DNA of 17,617 bases from an uncultured bacterium (GCA_964607485.1 CAZSKP010000062.1:1-17617), one strand, 5' to 3'. Numbered from the stretch's first letter, positions 7,147 to 16,540 are shown. Made by a program: numbers and translations. The notes: generated from the letters alone by a model not told the origin.

Positions 7147-9108
7147 TTGGACAAAGAGATGCAGAAAAACATGCTGGTCGCGATCGTCCTCTCGGTCCTC
7201 ATCATGATCGTTTGGATGCGCTTCTTCGCGCCCAAGCCACCCGAGCAGACGGTGAAGCAGGAACAGGCGGCGGAGCAAGCGTATGAGCAGACGGGAGAGC
7301 AGGTGGCGAAGCAGCCCGAGAAGGCGGCTCCCGAGACCAAGGTGGAGCCCGAGCCGGTCGAAGAATCCGTTCCTCCGGAAGAACTCGCGAAGGCGCGCGA
7401 CGTCGTTGTGGAAACGCCTCACATGGTCGCCACCTTCACCACGCTCGGCGGAAAGCTGACCTCTCTCAGGCTGCCGGAGTACCAGTCGAAGCTGGGCGGC
7501 GACGTGGAACTGGTTCCTCAAGGCGAAGGGATGCAGTGGCCGCTTGCGCTCCAGTTCAACGACCCGGAATTCGGAACGCGCACCGAAAATTTCCTTTACG
7601 AGTCCACCCTTTACCTTCCCTCGGACGATGCTCTGAGAAAGCTGGCCGATGAGCTGCGTCAATGTTCGGGCAGGGTTTACTCCCAGGCCGACGAGGCGGA
7701 GGTCCGGCGGCAACTCGGCCTTTGCCTTCCCCAGAGCGCCGGCAACGAGGACCTTCGAACGCTCGTGCTCACGATTGCCGGCGAGACAGTCTCCTCAGGC
7801 GGCGGGACTGCCGACGCGCTCCTCACAAAGCAAGCGGAACGCCTCTCGAACAGCAAGGTGTTGATTTTTTCCCACCAGATGACGCCGTCGCTCCGACTGA
7901 TAAAGGCGTTCGTGTTCGACCACAAGAATTATTCCTTCGACATGCACACCATATTTCGCAACACCTCGGCCGAGCCTCTGAACCTGGGCCGGGGGGAGGC
8001 GAGCTATTCAATTAATTGGGTGCCCGGGATGGAAAGCTCGGAAAGCTCACCGAGACAAGACCAGCTCTACGCGGTGTATCTTGAGGGAAAGAACTTCCAG
8101 CAGGAAAAAGTGATGAGAAGAGAAGGCATCTTTGCCACGATTCTTGTCAAGTTGGGGCTGAAATCAAGGAAGAAAGAGGAAGAGTGGAAAACGAGCTTTT
8201 CCAAAGAGTTGGTCTGGGTCGGCCTCAAAAGGAAATACTTCTTCATCACGCTCGAGCCGGGCGGTGAGCTGATGGGCGCGTCGGTGGAGCCTCTTAGCGA
8301 GAAAGAGGAACGCGCGCGCATCACCCTCGACATGCTTCCTATGAAGATAAAGCCGGGTCACACGGCCGCCGGCCACATTCGCCTCTTTGCGGGCCCGATG
8401 CTCAAGAGCGTTCTGGAGTCGTGCGGGCCGGGTTTCGGCCAGATACTCAATTTCGGATTCTTCGACCTCTTCGCGAAGATACTGATGGAGGGACTTTTGT
8501 GGTTCAACAAGGCCGTTCAAAACTACGGGCTTGCAATCATACTTCTCACGATAGTCGTTCGCGTCGGACTTTTTCCGTTGAACCAGAAGAGCTACAAATC
8601 GATGAGAGAGATGCAGACGCTCCAGCCGTTGGTGACCGAGCTGAGAGAAAAATACAAGAAGAATCCCCAGGAAATGAACAAGAAGATGATGCAGCTCTAT
8701 CGCGACCATAAGGTCAACCCGATGGGCGGCTGTCTTCCCATGGCTTTCCAGATGCCGATATTTTTTGCGCTGTTTCAAGCGCTCAGAAATGCAATCGAGC
8801 TGCGCGGGGCCCACTTCCTGTGGATAAAGGACCTCTCCGAGCCAGACCAATTGTTCACCTTGACGGTTCCGTTTCACCTGCCGGTCAATCTGCTGCCGCT
8901 GCTGGTGATCGTGGCCATGCTGATTCAGCAAAAGATGACCCCCATGACGGCGGGCGGACAAAGCGAGGGCCAGCAGAAGATGATGCAGTACATGCCCGTC
9001 ATCTTCGGGTTCTTGTTCTACAGCATGCCCTCGGGCCTCACGGTGTACTTTCTCGTTTCCACGGTGCTCGGACTCGTGCAGCAGTACTTCGTCCAAAAGG
9101 CGGTTTGA
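7147..9108 (+). CDS. yidC: Membrane protein insertase YidC (long periplasmic domain)
   Basis: N-terminal TM anchor, NYGLAIILLTIVVR, KVNPMGGCLPM..QMPIFFALF, FLWIKDLSEPD, PSGLTVYF; TTG start after AAGGAG (ATG at 7159 is possible). Confidence 0.96.
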   Translation: MDKEMQKNMLVAIVLSVLIMIVWMRFFAPKPPEQTVKQEQAAEQAYEQTGEQVAKQPEKAAPETKVEPEPVEESVPPEELAKARDVVVETPHMVATFTTLGGKLTSLRLPEYQSKLGGDVELVPQGEGMQWPLALQFNDPEFGTRTENFLYESTLYLPSDDALRKLADELRQCSGRVYSQADEAEVRRQLGLCLPQSAGNEDLRTLVLTIAGETVSSGGGTADALLTKQAERLSNSKVLIFSHQMTPSLRLIKAFVFDHKNYSFDMHTIFRNTSAEPLNLGRGEASYSINWVPGMESSESSPRQDQLYAVYLEGKNFQQEKVMRREGIFATILVKLGLKSRKKEEEWKTSFSKELVWVGLKRKYFFITLEPGGELMGASVEPLSEKEERARITLDMLPMKIKPGHTAAGHIRLFAGPMLKSVLESCGPGFGQILNFGFFDLFAKILMEGLLWFNKAVQNYGLAIILLTIVVRVGLFPLNQKSYKSMREMQTLQPLVTELREKYKKNPQEMNKKMMQLYRDHKVNPMGGCLPMAFQMPIFFALFQALRNAIELRGAHFLWIKDLSEPDQLFTLTVPFHLPVNLLPLLVIVAMLIQQKMTPMTAGGQSEGQQKMMQYMPVIFGFLFYSMPSGLTVYFLVSTVLGLVQQYFVQKAV

Positions 9109-9137
9109 TTCTGTCCCGCATAGAAAGGAAGCACATT

Positions 9138-9875
9138 ATGGTATCGATTGAAATCGAAGGGAAAACTCCGGAAGAAGCGATAGAAAAGGCTCTCGAAGTC
9201 CTCGACGCTCCCCGCGAAAAGGTGAAGGTGGAAATCCTCGACGAGGGGAGCAAGGGCTTGTTCGGCATGATAGGGAGCAAGCAGGCAAAAGTCAGGGCGA
9301 CGCTCCTCGAGCTTGGCGAACCTGAGACCGCCAGGCCTGAGGCGTCGGGTTTCTCGCCCCGTCCGTCGGTCACCGCCACGAAGCCTCCTCAGCCGATAAC
9401 GCGCGACCACGAGGCGCGCACGCTGAACGACGCTCCGGCCAAGGAGATTCTGGAAGAACTCCTGCAGCTGATGGGTTTCACGGCAAGGATCGAACAGAAG
9501 AATACGGAAGAAAAGATAGTCCTTGCCGTCGAGGCGGGCGAGGACAGCAACATCTTGATTGGCCGTCGCGGCAAGAACCTCAACGGATTGCAATATATCG
9601 TCAATCGCATCTGCGCGAGGAAGAACGATAATGTCAAGCCGGTCGTGATAGATATCGAGGGCTACAGGGAGAGGCGCAAGGAGGCGCTGGAGTTGCTGGC
9701 GCAGCGGTTGGCCGCGAAGGCGAAGAGCTCCCGGCGCGAAGTGGAGACCGAGCCGCTCTCAGCCGCCGACCGCCGTCTCGTTCACATGGCGCTGAGGGAT
9801 GACGGCGAGGTGCGCACCCAGAGCCGAGGCGACGGACCGTATAAGAATGTGGTCATAAAGCCAAGGTCCCGATAA
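9138..9875 (+). CDS. jag: RNA-binding protein Jag/EloR/KhpB (Jag_N, KH, R3H)
   Basis: EGKTPEEAIEKAL...SKGLFG (Jag_N), LIGRRGKNLNGLQY (KH), DRRLVHMAL (R3H). ATG at 9138 follows AAAGGAA; the ORF-track start at 8820 overlaps yidC. Confidence 0.93.
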   Translation: MVSIEIEGKTPEEAIEKALEVLDAPREKVKVEILDEGSKGLFGMIGSKQAKVRATLLELGEPETARPEASGFSPRPSVTATKPPQPITRDHEARTLNDAPAKEILEELLQLMGFTARIEQKNTEEKIVLAVEAGEDSNILIGRRGKNLNGLQYIVNRICARKNDNVKPVVIDIEGYRERRKEALELLAQRLAAKAKSSRREVETEPLSAADRRLVHMALRDDGEVRTQSRGDGPYKNVVIKPRSR

Positions 9876-9965
9876 ACGGGTCGCCTCTTCCGACAAGAAC
9901 CTTTTATCGCAATTGCCCCGGAGCCCGCACACCGGCCCCGGGGCGTGCAGTTTGGTGGATGCGTC

Positions 9966-10025
9966 GGGGACTGTCCCACGAATTACGGCGGCCGTCTTTT
10001 GCCGCGTAGATTCGGGACTGTCCCC
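9966..10025. repeat. GGGACTGTCCC-bounded hairpin repeat
   Basis: GGGGACTGTCCC (9966-9977) and GGGACTGTCCCC (10014-10025) enclose CGAAT/ATTCG and TACG(G)CGGC/GCCGCGTA stems. Confidence 0.65.
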
Positions 10026-10030
10026 AGAGC

Positions 10031-11443
10031 ATGCAAGCGAAACGGTCTCTTGCGAACGATATGAACGATAACTCCACAATCTGCGCCGTATCGACGCCGC
10101 TCGGGCACAGCGGAATAGGCATCGTCAGGCTCAGCGGCGCCGAGGCCGTGGCCATCGCCGACCGGTTCTTCGTCGCGTCGAACGGAAGGCCCCTGCCCGA
10201 ACAGCCCGCCCATCGGCTCGTCCACGGCCGCGTGCTCGACGAGGGCGCCGTTATCGACGAGGTGCTCGTCAGCGTGATGCGTTCCCCCCACAGCTACACC
10301 ACCGAGGACGTCGTCGAGATAAACTGCCACGGCGGCATCGTCGCGCTTCGCAGGACGCTCGAGCTGATGCTCAGAGCCGGCGCGAGGCTGGCCGAGCCGG
10401 GCGAATTCACCAAGCGCGCTTTCCTGGGCGGCCGCATCGACCTCGCGCAGGCGGAGGCCGTGGCCGACCTCATCGGCGCCAAGACGGCCGCAGGGCTGAG
10501 GGCGGCGGCGAATCAACTGCAGGGTCGGCTGAGCGAGCGCATCACGTCGCTGCGCGAAAGGCTGGCGGACTGTCTTGCGCACGTCGAGGCGACGATAGAC
10601 TTTCCCGAAGACGAGGTGCCCCCGTTGCCCGGCGCGGGCGTGCTCGGGACCGTGAGGGAAATCGCGGACGGCATCGACGCGCTGCTCATAAACGCCCGGG
10701 GCGGAATGCTCTATCGCGACGGCGTGTCCACCGTCATCGTCGGAAAACCCAACGTCGGCAAATCGAGCATTCTCAACGCCATCCTTAATGAGCCACGCGC
10801 CATCGTCACGCAGGAGCCCGGCACGACGCGCGATGTCATCGTCGAGTCGGTTGACCTACGCGGAATCGCGCTGAGGCTGAGCGACACCGCCGGAATCCGC
10901 GAGCCCGGCTGCGAGGTCGAGCGTCTCGGTGTCGAACGCAGCGAGCGCGCCATCGAGGAGGCCGACCTCGTCCTTTTCGTCGCCGATTCGTCCGGCCCGC
11001 TCTCTTCGGAGGACACGAGAATTATCGAACGATTGGCGCGCAAGCCGCACGTCATCGTGGCTGCCAACAAGGCCGACCTCAAGCCCGATGCCGACTTGTC
11101 CGAGATTGTCGCAAAACTTCCCGGCAGGAAGGTCGTGCGCACGTCGGCCACCGAGGGCACAGGCATCAAGGAGCTGGAGGAAGCGGTATTCAACGAGATC
11201 ACCGACGGCGCCGCAATCGCGCCCGAGGAAGTTCTCGTGAGCGGGCTCAGGCACCAGCAGGCGCTCGAACGCGCGCGCGGAGCTCTCGACGCCGCCTCCG
11301 ACGCGCTCGGCAAAGGCCTGTCACTCGAATTCGCAGCCGTCGACCTGAGGGACGCGCTCGACCGGCTGGGCGAAATTGTCGGCGCAGTCGTCACCGACGA
11401 CCTCCTCGACCGCATCTTCGGCGAATTCTGCATTGGGAAGTAA
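10031..11443 (+). CDS. mnmE: tRNA modification GTPase MnmE (TrmE)
   Basis: STICAVSTP.G.SGIGIVRLSG, SYTTEDVVEINCHGG, GKPNVGKSS, GTTRD, DTAGIR, NKAD, C-terminal FCIGK. The start may be ATG 10061. Confidence 0.98.
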   Translation: MQAKRSLANDMNDNSTICAVSTPLGHSGIGIVRLSGAEAVAIADRFFVASNGRPLPEQPAHRLVHGRVLDEGAVIDEVLVSVMRSPHSYTTEDVVEINCHGGIVALRRTLELMLRAGARLAEPGEFTKRAFLGGRIDLAQAEAVADLIGAKTAAGLRAAANQLQGRLSERITSLRERLADCLAHVEATIDFPEDEVPPLPGAGVLGTVREIADGIDALLINARGGMLYRDGVSTVIVGKPNVGKSSILNAILNEPRAIVTQEPGTTRDVIVESVDLRGIALRLSDTAGIREPGCEVERLGVERSERAIEEADLVLFVADSSGPLSSEDTRIIERLARKPHVIVAANKADLKPDADLSEIVAKLPGRKVVRTSATEGTGIKELEEAVFNEITDGAAIAPEEVLVSGLRHQQALERARGALDAASDALGKGLSLEFAAVDLRDALDRLGEIVGAVVTDDLLDRIFGEFCIGK

Positions 11444-11456
11444 TTGATTTCACTTT

Positions 11457-11485
11457 GTCATTCTGAGCCGAAGGCGAAGAATCTC
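11457..11485 (+). repeat. Left arm of the GTCATT..GAG / CGAAG(C)AATCTC palindromic element family
   Basis: GTCATTCTGAG-CCGAAGG-CGAAGAATCTC resembles the left arm of the 4322-4436 element; no matching right arm seen. Confidence 0.55.
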
Positions 11486-11623
11486 GTGCAACGAATTCCC
11501 CATTTCCACTTTTCCCCGTTTGACCTTTTGACCCGTTGCAACGCGGCCCCTTCCCCTTTTGACCATCTTGACCTGAGCGCCAGTCGAATGGATTTCCCCC
11601 GGAGCCGTCGAGCTCCTCTCATC

Positions 11624-11652
11624 TTGACTTCTTTAACTGAAAGTAGTATTTT
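11624..11652 (+). promoter_or_regulatory. Possible promoter for the SIR2-STAND gene
   Basis: TTGACT-N17-TATTTT at the high-to-low GC transition. Confidence 0.35.
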
Positions 11653-11830
11653 GTAGCTGTTGAATTCGGTATGTGTTGCTTTGCGAAGGTTTTTACGGAA
11701 GCTCATAAGAAGGAATAGGGATTTGACCTTATTACACACGAGTAGGATTTGAAAAGATTGCCGAACATACCAAGCAAGCGTTATTGCAACAATCATCTCT
11801 ACATTAATTAGATTTTGGAGGAACGAAATC

Positions 11831-14194
11831 TTGAAAATTCAGAATGAACATAACTTCAGAAAGGCCCTGACAGAGGGCTTAAATCTTTTGCTGGGTTCTG
11901 GTTTCTCTGTTGCAGCGAAAAACAGGGACGACACCCCCCTGCCAACGGGAAGAGAATTGAGGAATGAGCTTATCGCAGAATTCAAGATGGATAATGTATC
12001 TTCGTTGGATCTGCCAAAAATTTGCACCATTCTCGACAGATCTCAAAGGAAATCGTTCCAAGCTTACCTCAGGAGGCGTTTTATTGTTCGAGATTTTCAT
12101 CAGGATTATCTTTTGCTTGACAAAATAAATGTTAAGAGCATATTTACAACAAATATAGATAATCTTCTCCATAAAATATGGCAGAAATGCAGCAACCACT
12201 ATCTTAACGATATCGACTTGAGAGGGCCCACATTCCATGACCGGAACGCCATTGATTTGGTTTATTTACATGGATGCATTCTGTATCCAAGGCGCCCGCT
12301 TACATTTAGTGCGCTCGACGTGGCAGCGGCCTTCCGTTTTGATCCTGACCGGTGGCATTATTTGACTCAACGCCTACAGGCTTATCCTACAGTCTTCTGG
12401 GGAACTAGCATTTCCGATGCTGACATTCTTGAAGCTCTCCATCCGATGACAGTACACGGGAGACCTCACGAGGACAAATGGATGGTCGTATCATCGTCTG
12501 ATGATGAAGCGAATCTGGAATATTATAATGCTCTGGAATTCCAAATTATAGAGGCAGACACATTGGAAATATTGGATTATCTTAAACATGCTGATATCCG
12601 GAAGTCGTCACCGGATGTGACAGACTCCGAGGCCTCGACATCTCAACTCTTCCCCAAAGAAGCAATTCCAGATATAGCAAGCGTTCATTCCAGGCCAATT
12701 GTAGATTTCTATTTGGGGGCGGCACCTTCTTGGTACGATATTTTTTCTGGGAATCTTCATCGAACACAACACTATGGAAAGATAAGGGATGCCATCAATT
12801 CAGGAAAGCACACCGTTGTGATCGGTTTACCTGCCTGCGGGAAAACGACCCTTTTAATGCAGGTTGCAGCCGATATTCGTTTTTCAGGCCACAAGCTTGT
12901 TTGTGAGTCATTGTCGACAGAACAAGCTGACCTAATAATTTGTAAGCTCAACGGGAAACCTGCACTAGTCTTCATTGATAATTTTGCGGACTCCATCTTT
13001 GCACTCAAGAAGCTTGCCAGGGAACCAAATATTAGAGTAGCTGTTTTCGACAGGGATTACAATTTTGAGAGAATAGCTCATAGGCTCACTGACATCGAAT
13101 TTCAATTGGTAGATGTTACTGAATTGTCCTCTTATGAAATCCAATCTATTCTCTCAAAGATTCCCACAACTATAGCTTACAGAAGACCTTCTACAAAAAT
13201 CCGAACGGCTAAGGGTATGCCCATCTCAATATTTGAACTTATCGAGGCAAACATCACAAAGCCAACTTTGCGAAAAAGATTTCGCTCTGTGCTGAAGCAT
13301 CTTTCCAGCGAAAACGAAGATCTACTGAATCTCTTGCTCTTATGCTGCTATGTGCATAGTTGTCGCACACCTGTATCCATGGATATGCTGTTAGCTTTCT
13401 TCCGCGATAAGGTAGAAAGCTATGAGGATATCTACCGAATGTGTCAGCAGTTGGGCGCTATGATTGAAGACTACGTCGGGGAACTCGCAGACACAGAGCA
13501 GGATCACTTCATTCCTCGATCAATAATTATAGCAGAAGCTGTCATGGAACAAGCATCTGGCGTAAGCCTTCGACGAATGCTGCGACGCTTTTGCCAACAG
13601 GTTTCACGTTGTCGGATATGCAGGTATGATATTTTTAAGAGAAAAGCGTTTGATGCCGATATAATGAAGAAGGCCTTTCCTGATTGGCAAGAAGGAAAAG
13701 AGTTCTATACGGAAGTATATTCCCTTGACCCTTCCCCTTTTACCTTACAACAGATGGCCATATATCTCAGTCGGAAGAAACAGCATAGAGAAGCTTTTAA
13801 GTGGATTGATAGAGCGATAACGCAAAGTGGGGGAAGGATTCTCTCCATACGTAATAGCCATGCGATCATTCTTTTCAATGCAAATATTGAAGCTCAGGAG
13901 ACAGATGGTACCGTTGAGGCAACTCTCCGACATAGTATGGAGATCCTAGAATCTTGCTACTCACTTGATGTTTTGAAACTGTACCATGTGATTGTCTACT
14001 CTGAGAATGCACTTATGTACTGCGAAAGATATGTAGATGAAACTGCACAGAGATACCTTAGAACTGCATCTAAATGGTTAAAACTAGAAGCAATCAGGTT
14101 CCCTTGGAATCGTCGGATAAAAAGACTTATTCAGAAAATATCAGATGCACTCGAACGTTTACAAGGCGAGATAGTACCGCGTCTTGAATTATAA
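11831..14194 (+). CDS. SIR2-domain / STAND-type P-loop NTPase / TPR-like protein (Avs5-like anti-phage protein)
   Basis: SIR2 motifs LLLGSGFS, IFTTNIDNLL, VYLHGC and FWGTSISD; Walker A GLPACGKTT, Walker B LVFIDN; helical TPR-like C-terminus (AIYLSRKKQHREAFKWIDRA). TTG start after GGAGG. Visibly lower GC than flanking genes. Confidence 0.8.
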   Translation: MKIQNEHNFRKALTEGLNLLLGSGFSVAAKNRDDTPLPTGRELRNELIAEFKMDNVSSLDLPKICTILDRSQRKSFQAYLRRRFIVRDFHQDYLLLDKINVKSIFTTNIDNLLHKIWQKCSNHYLNDIDLRGPTFHDRNAIDLVYLHGCILYPRRPLTFSALDVAAAFRFDPDRWHYLTQRLQAYPTVFWGTSISDADILEALHPMTVHGRPHEDKWMVVSSSDDEANLEYYNALEFQIIEADTLEILDYLKHADIRKSSPDVTDSEASTSQLFPKEAIPDIASVHSRPIVDFYLGAAPSWYDIFSGNLHRTQHYGKIRDAINSGKHTVVIGLPACGKTTLLMQVAADIRFSGHKLVCESLSTEQADLIICKLNGKPALVFIDNFADSIFALKKLAREPNIRVAVFDRDYNFERIAHRLTDIEFQLVDVTELSSYEIQSILSKIPTTIAYRRPSTKIRTAKGMPISIFELIEANITKPTLRKRFRSVLKHLSSENEDLLNLLLLCCYVHSCRTPVSMDMLLAFFRDKVESYEDIYRMCQQLGAMIEDYVGELADTEQDHFIPRSIIIAEAVMEQASGVSLRRMLRRFCQQVSRCRICRYDIFKRKAFDADIMKKAFPDWQEGKEFYTEVYSLDPSPFTLQQMAIYLSRKKQHREAFKWIDRAITQSGGRILSIRNSHAIILFNANIEAQETDGTVEATLRHSMEILESCYSLDVLKLYHVIVYSENALMYCERYVDETAQRYLRTASKWLKLEAIRFPWNRRIKRLIQKISDALERLQGEIVPRLEL

Positions 14195-14388
14195 GGTTTT
14201 CAAAAGTAGAGGTTAACGAGAAGCCCTAAGTCTACGCTCTTGACAGGAACGCATGCAAGAAGGTTAGATTCCAGGGCACTAATTACAGAAATTGCGAAAA
14301 CTTCTTAGAGTTCTCCTCAGCGTTCTTCCCGCCATTGCAGTTGGGAAAAATCTTGAGTCTTGATTCCAGAGGCTGGTAAATTTCCGAT

Positions 14389-14475
14389 TTCCGGGGACAT
14401 AATACCTATTTTTCAACGGGCGACAGATGGGCAGACACCCAAAGCTATCAATAGACTAGTATTATGTCCCCGGAA
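14389..14475. repeat. 87-bp element with perfect 17-bp terminal inverted repeats
   Basis: TTCCGGGGACATAATAC (14389-14405) / GTATTATGTCCCCGGAA (14459-14475). Confidence 0.85.
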
Positions 14476-14513
14476 TGTGCGCAGGAATATGTAAATAAGG
14501 GAGAAAGTTCGAA

Positions 14514-15758
14514 ATGAGTAAAGTCAGCGCATTGCTGCAGCGTTATGAAGGACTCAAAACCCGTGGTTTGAATCTGGATATGTCGAGGGGAAAACCGTCA
14601 CCCGAACAGCTCGACCTCAGCGCCGGCTTGCTTGATATACCGAGCGGTCCGCTCAGCTTCTATGATGATCCTGACGGATCGAAAACCGATATGCGAAATT
14701 ACGGCGGTTTGGCCGGTATAAAGCCGATGCGCAGGCTGGCAGCAGATTTTCTGGAAGTTGATCCCGACGAAGTCATCGTCGGAGGAAACTCGAGCCTTTC
14801 GATGATGTACGACAACATCAATTTCGCGCTGCAATTCGGTGTTCCGGGTGGCTCCGGCCCGTGGGGAAGAATCCCTGGCGCAAGCTTTGTGTGCGTTGTG
14901 CCGGGATACGACCGGCACTTTGCAATTTGCGAAGAGTTTGGAATTTCGATGATAAGCGTCGGTATGAACGAGAATGGACCTCTAATGGACGAAGTTGAGA
15001 AGATTATCTCCGACAACAAAGTCGTAGGTATGTGGATTGTGCCTCGGTACAGTAATCCGTCCGGACAAGTTTTCTCCGACGAGGTCATCTACAGGCTGGC
15101 ACGCATGCCAACAGGCAGAGATTTTCGCCTCTTCTGCGATGACGCATATCGTGTTCATCATTTGACCAAGAATCCCAAGAAGCAGAAGAGTGTGTTCGAG
15201 GCATTCAAGCAGGAGGGAAATCTCGACAAGCTTCTTCTTTTTGCTTCGACTTCCAAGGTAACACATGCCGGCGCCGGCGTGGGAATGATGGCTGCATCTG
15301 AGAGAAACCTCGAGTGGTATCTCAAACACAAGAAATATTCCACAATCGGGCCGGACAAGGTCAATCAGCTTCGGCACTATATCTTCCTGCAAAGTATGGA
15401 CCGCATCAATGTTTTGATGCGTCAACACGCCGATATCCTGTTGCCCAAGTTCCAAGCGGTTCAGGCCGTGTTGGACAGAGAACTCGGCGGGAGCGGTCTG
15501 GCGACATGGAGCCGACCGGAAGGCGGCTACTTCGTCAGTTTGGATACGAAGCCGGGTCTGGCCAAGAAAGTGGTCGCTCTTGCTGCTGAGGCAGGAGTAA
15601 AGCTGACTCCGGCCGGAGCGACTTTTCCGTACAGAGCGGACCCCAACGACTCAAACATCCGGATAGCCCCCAGTTTTCCATCGGTTGAAGAAATCGAACA
15701 AGCGATGGAAGTTTTGGCAGTCTGTATCATGCTCGCAGCCGCCAGACAAACGGAGTAA
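14514..15758 (+). CDS. PLP-dependent aminotransferase (class I-like, Rv3722c/Asp_aminotransf type)
   Basis: LDMSRGKPSPEQLDLS, RNYGGL.G, GGNSSL..MYD, VPGYDRHF, YSNPSG, DDAY..HH, PLP-Lys motif STSKVT, NIRIAPSFP; SD AAGGGAG. Confidence 0.9.
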   Translation: MSKVSALLQRYEGLKTRGLNLDMSRGKPSPEQLDLSAGLLDIPSGPLSFYDDPDGSKTDMRNYGGLAGIKPMRRLAADFLEVDPDEVIVGGNSSLSMMYDNINFALQFGVPGGSGPWGRIPGASFVCVVPGYDRHFAICEEFGISMISVGMNENGPLMDEVEKIISDNKVVGMWIVPRYSNPSGQVFSDEVIYRLARMPTGRDFRLFCDDAYRVHHLTKNPKKQKSVFEAFKQEGNLDKLLLFASTSKVTHAGAGVGMMAASERNLEWYLKHKKYSTIGPDKVNQLRHYIFLQSMDRINVLMRQHADILLPKFQAVQAVLDRELGGSGLATWSRPEGGYFVSLDTKPGLAKKVVALAAEAGVKLTPAGATFPYRADPNDSNIRIAPSFPSVEEIEQAMEVLAVCIMLAAARQTE

Positions 15759-15869
15759 TCGGCGGGATGAAAAGAACCAGCGCAGTGTACATAGCAGAGG
15801 CGCGAAGAGCGCAGAGAGATCCGTTTGGTTTTTCGCCCTTCGCCTTTTGCCCTTGGGCCTGCCTGTCAA

Positions 15870-15897
15870 TTGACTCGAAACTCGATTTTGGTATAAT
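15870..15897 (+). promoter_or_regulatory. sigma70 promoter for the MNT-HEPN operon (near-leaderless transcript)
   Basis: TTGACT-N16-TATAAT with an extended -10 TG; ATG lies only 9 nt after the -10 and has no SD. Confidence 0.7.
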
Positions 15898-15906
15898 TAG
15901 AGCATT

Positions 15907-16212
15907 ATGAGGGCCAAAATAGAGGTACCGCGAAAAGAGCTTGCCGAATTCTGCCGCCGCAATCGCATCAGGAAGCTGTCATTCTTCGGCTCGGTGCTGC
16001 GTGAGGACTTCGGCTCGCAGAGCGACGTTGACGTGCTGGTGGAATTCGAGCCCGACGCGATTATCGGATTCTTCGGACTTTACGACGTCGAGCAAGAGCT
16101 TTCCCGCATTCTCGGCGGTCGCAGGGTCGATGTTCACACACCCCGTGGACTCAGCCGATACATCCGCGACCGTGTGCTGGCCGAGGCGGAGGTACAATAT
16201 GCCGCAGCGTGA
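15907..16212 (+). CDS. Minimal nucleotidyltransferase (MNT/MntA-like antitoxin)
   Basis: FGSVLREDFGSQSDVDVLV (GSX10DXD) and GRRVDV; 101 aa. Confidence 0.92.
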   Translation: MRAKIEVPRKELAEFCRRNRIRKLSFFGSVLREDFGSQSDVDVLVEFEPDAIIGFFGLYDVEQELSRILGGRRVDVHTPRGLSRYIRDRVLAEAEVQYAAA

Positions 16213-16540
16213 TCCCATGGTGCGATTACTTCACATGAGGGATTACGCACGCAAGGCTATCGAGATGGCAAAGGGACGCGAGCGCAAACACCTGGACGAG
16301 GACGAAATGTTCCAGCTGGCTTTGACTCGACTCGTCGAGTTGATCGGTGAAGCGGCCAGCCACGTTGCACAGGAAACCCGCGAAGAGTACTCGCAAATCC
16401 CCTGGGCGAGTGTAACCGGCATGCGCCATCGTCTCATCCACGAATATGACACCGTGGACCTCGATATTTTGTGGGATACAATCAAGCACGACCTTCCACC
16501 GTTGCTCTCCAACCTTGAGAAGATAGTCGAGCGGGCCTAA
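16199..16540 (+). CDS. HEPN/DUF86 ribonuclease toxin (HepT-like), 113 aa
   Basis: ELIGEAA, IPW...GMRHRLIHEY (RX4HXY), DILW; ATG at 16199 overlaps the MNT 3' end. Confidence 0.92.
   Translation: MPQRDPMVRLLHMRDYARKAIEMAKGRERKHLDEDEMFQLALTRLVELIGEAASHVAQETREEYSQIPWASVTGMRHRLIHEYDTVDLDILWDTIKHDLPPLLSNLEKIVERA

Noticed and set aside
8819-8827. Perfect DnaA box TGTGGATAA
   Set aside because: Single copy inside yidC encoding the conserved LWI residues; no cluster of boxes or AT-rich unwinding element.
8820-9137. N-terminal extension of jag in the ORF track
   Set aside because: Overlaps yidC; the Jag_N domain and SD begin at 9138.
14211-14269. Integron attC-like site (GGTTAAC...GTTAGAT) after the SIR2-STAND gene
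   Set aside because: R boxes only partly complementary, no L-box pairing, no similar sites after the other genes, and no integrase.
15941-16198. N-terminal extension of the HEPN ORF in the ORF track
   Set aside because: Overlaps the MNT gene in another frame; DUF86-like sequence starts at 16199.
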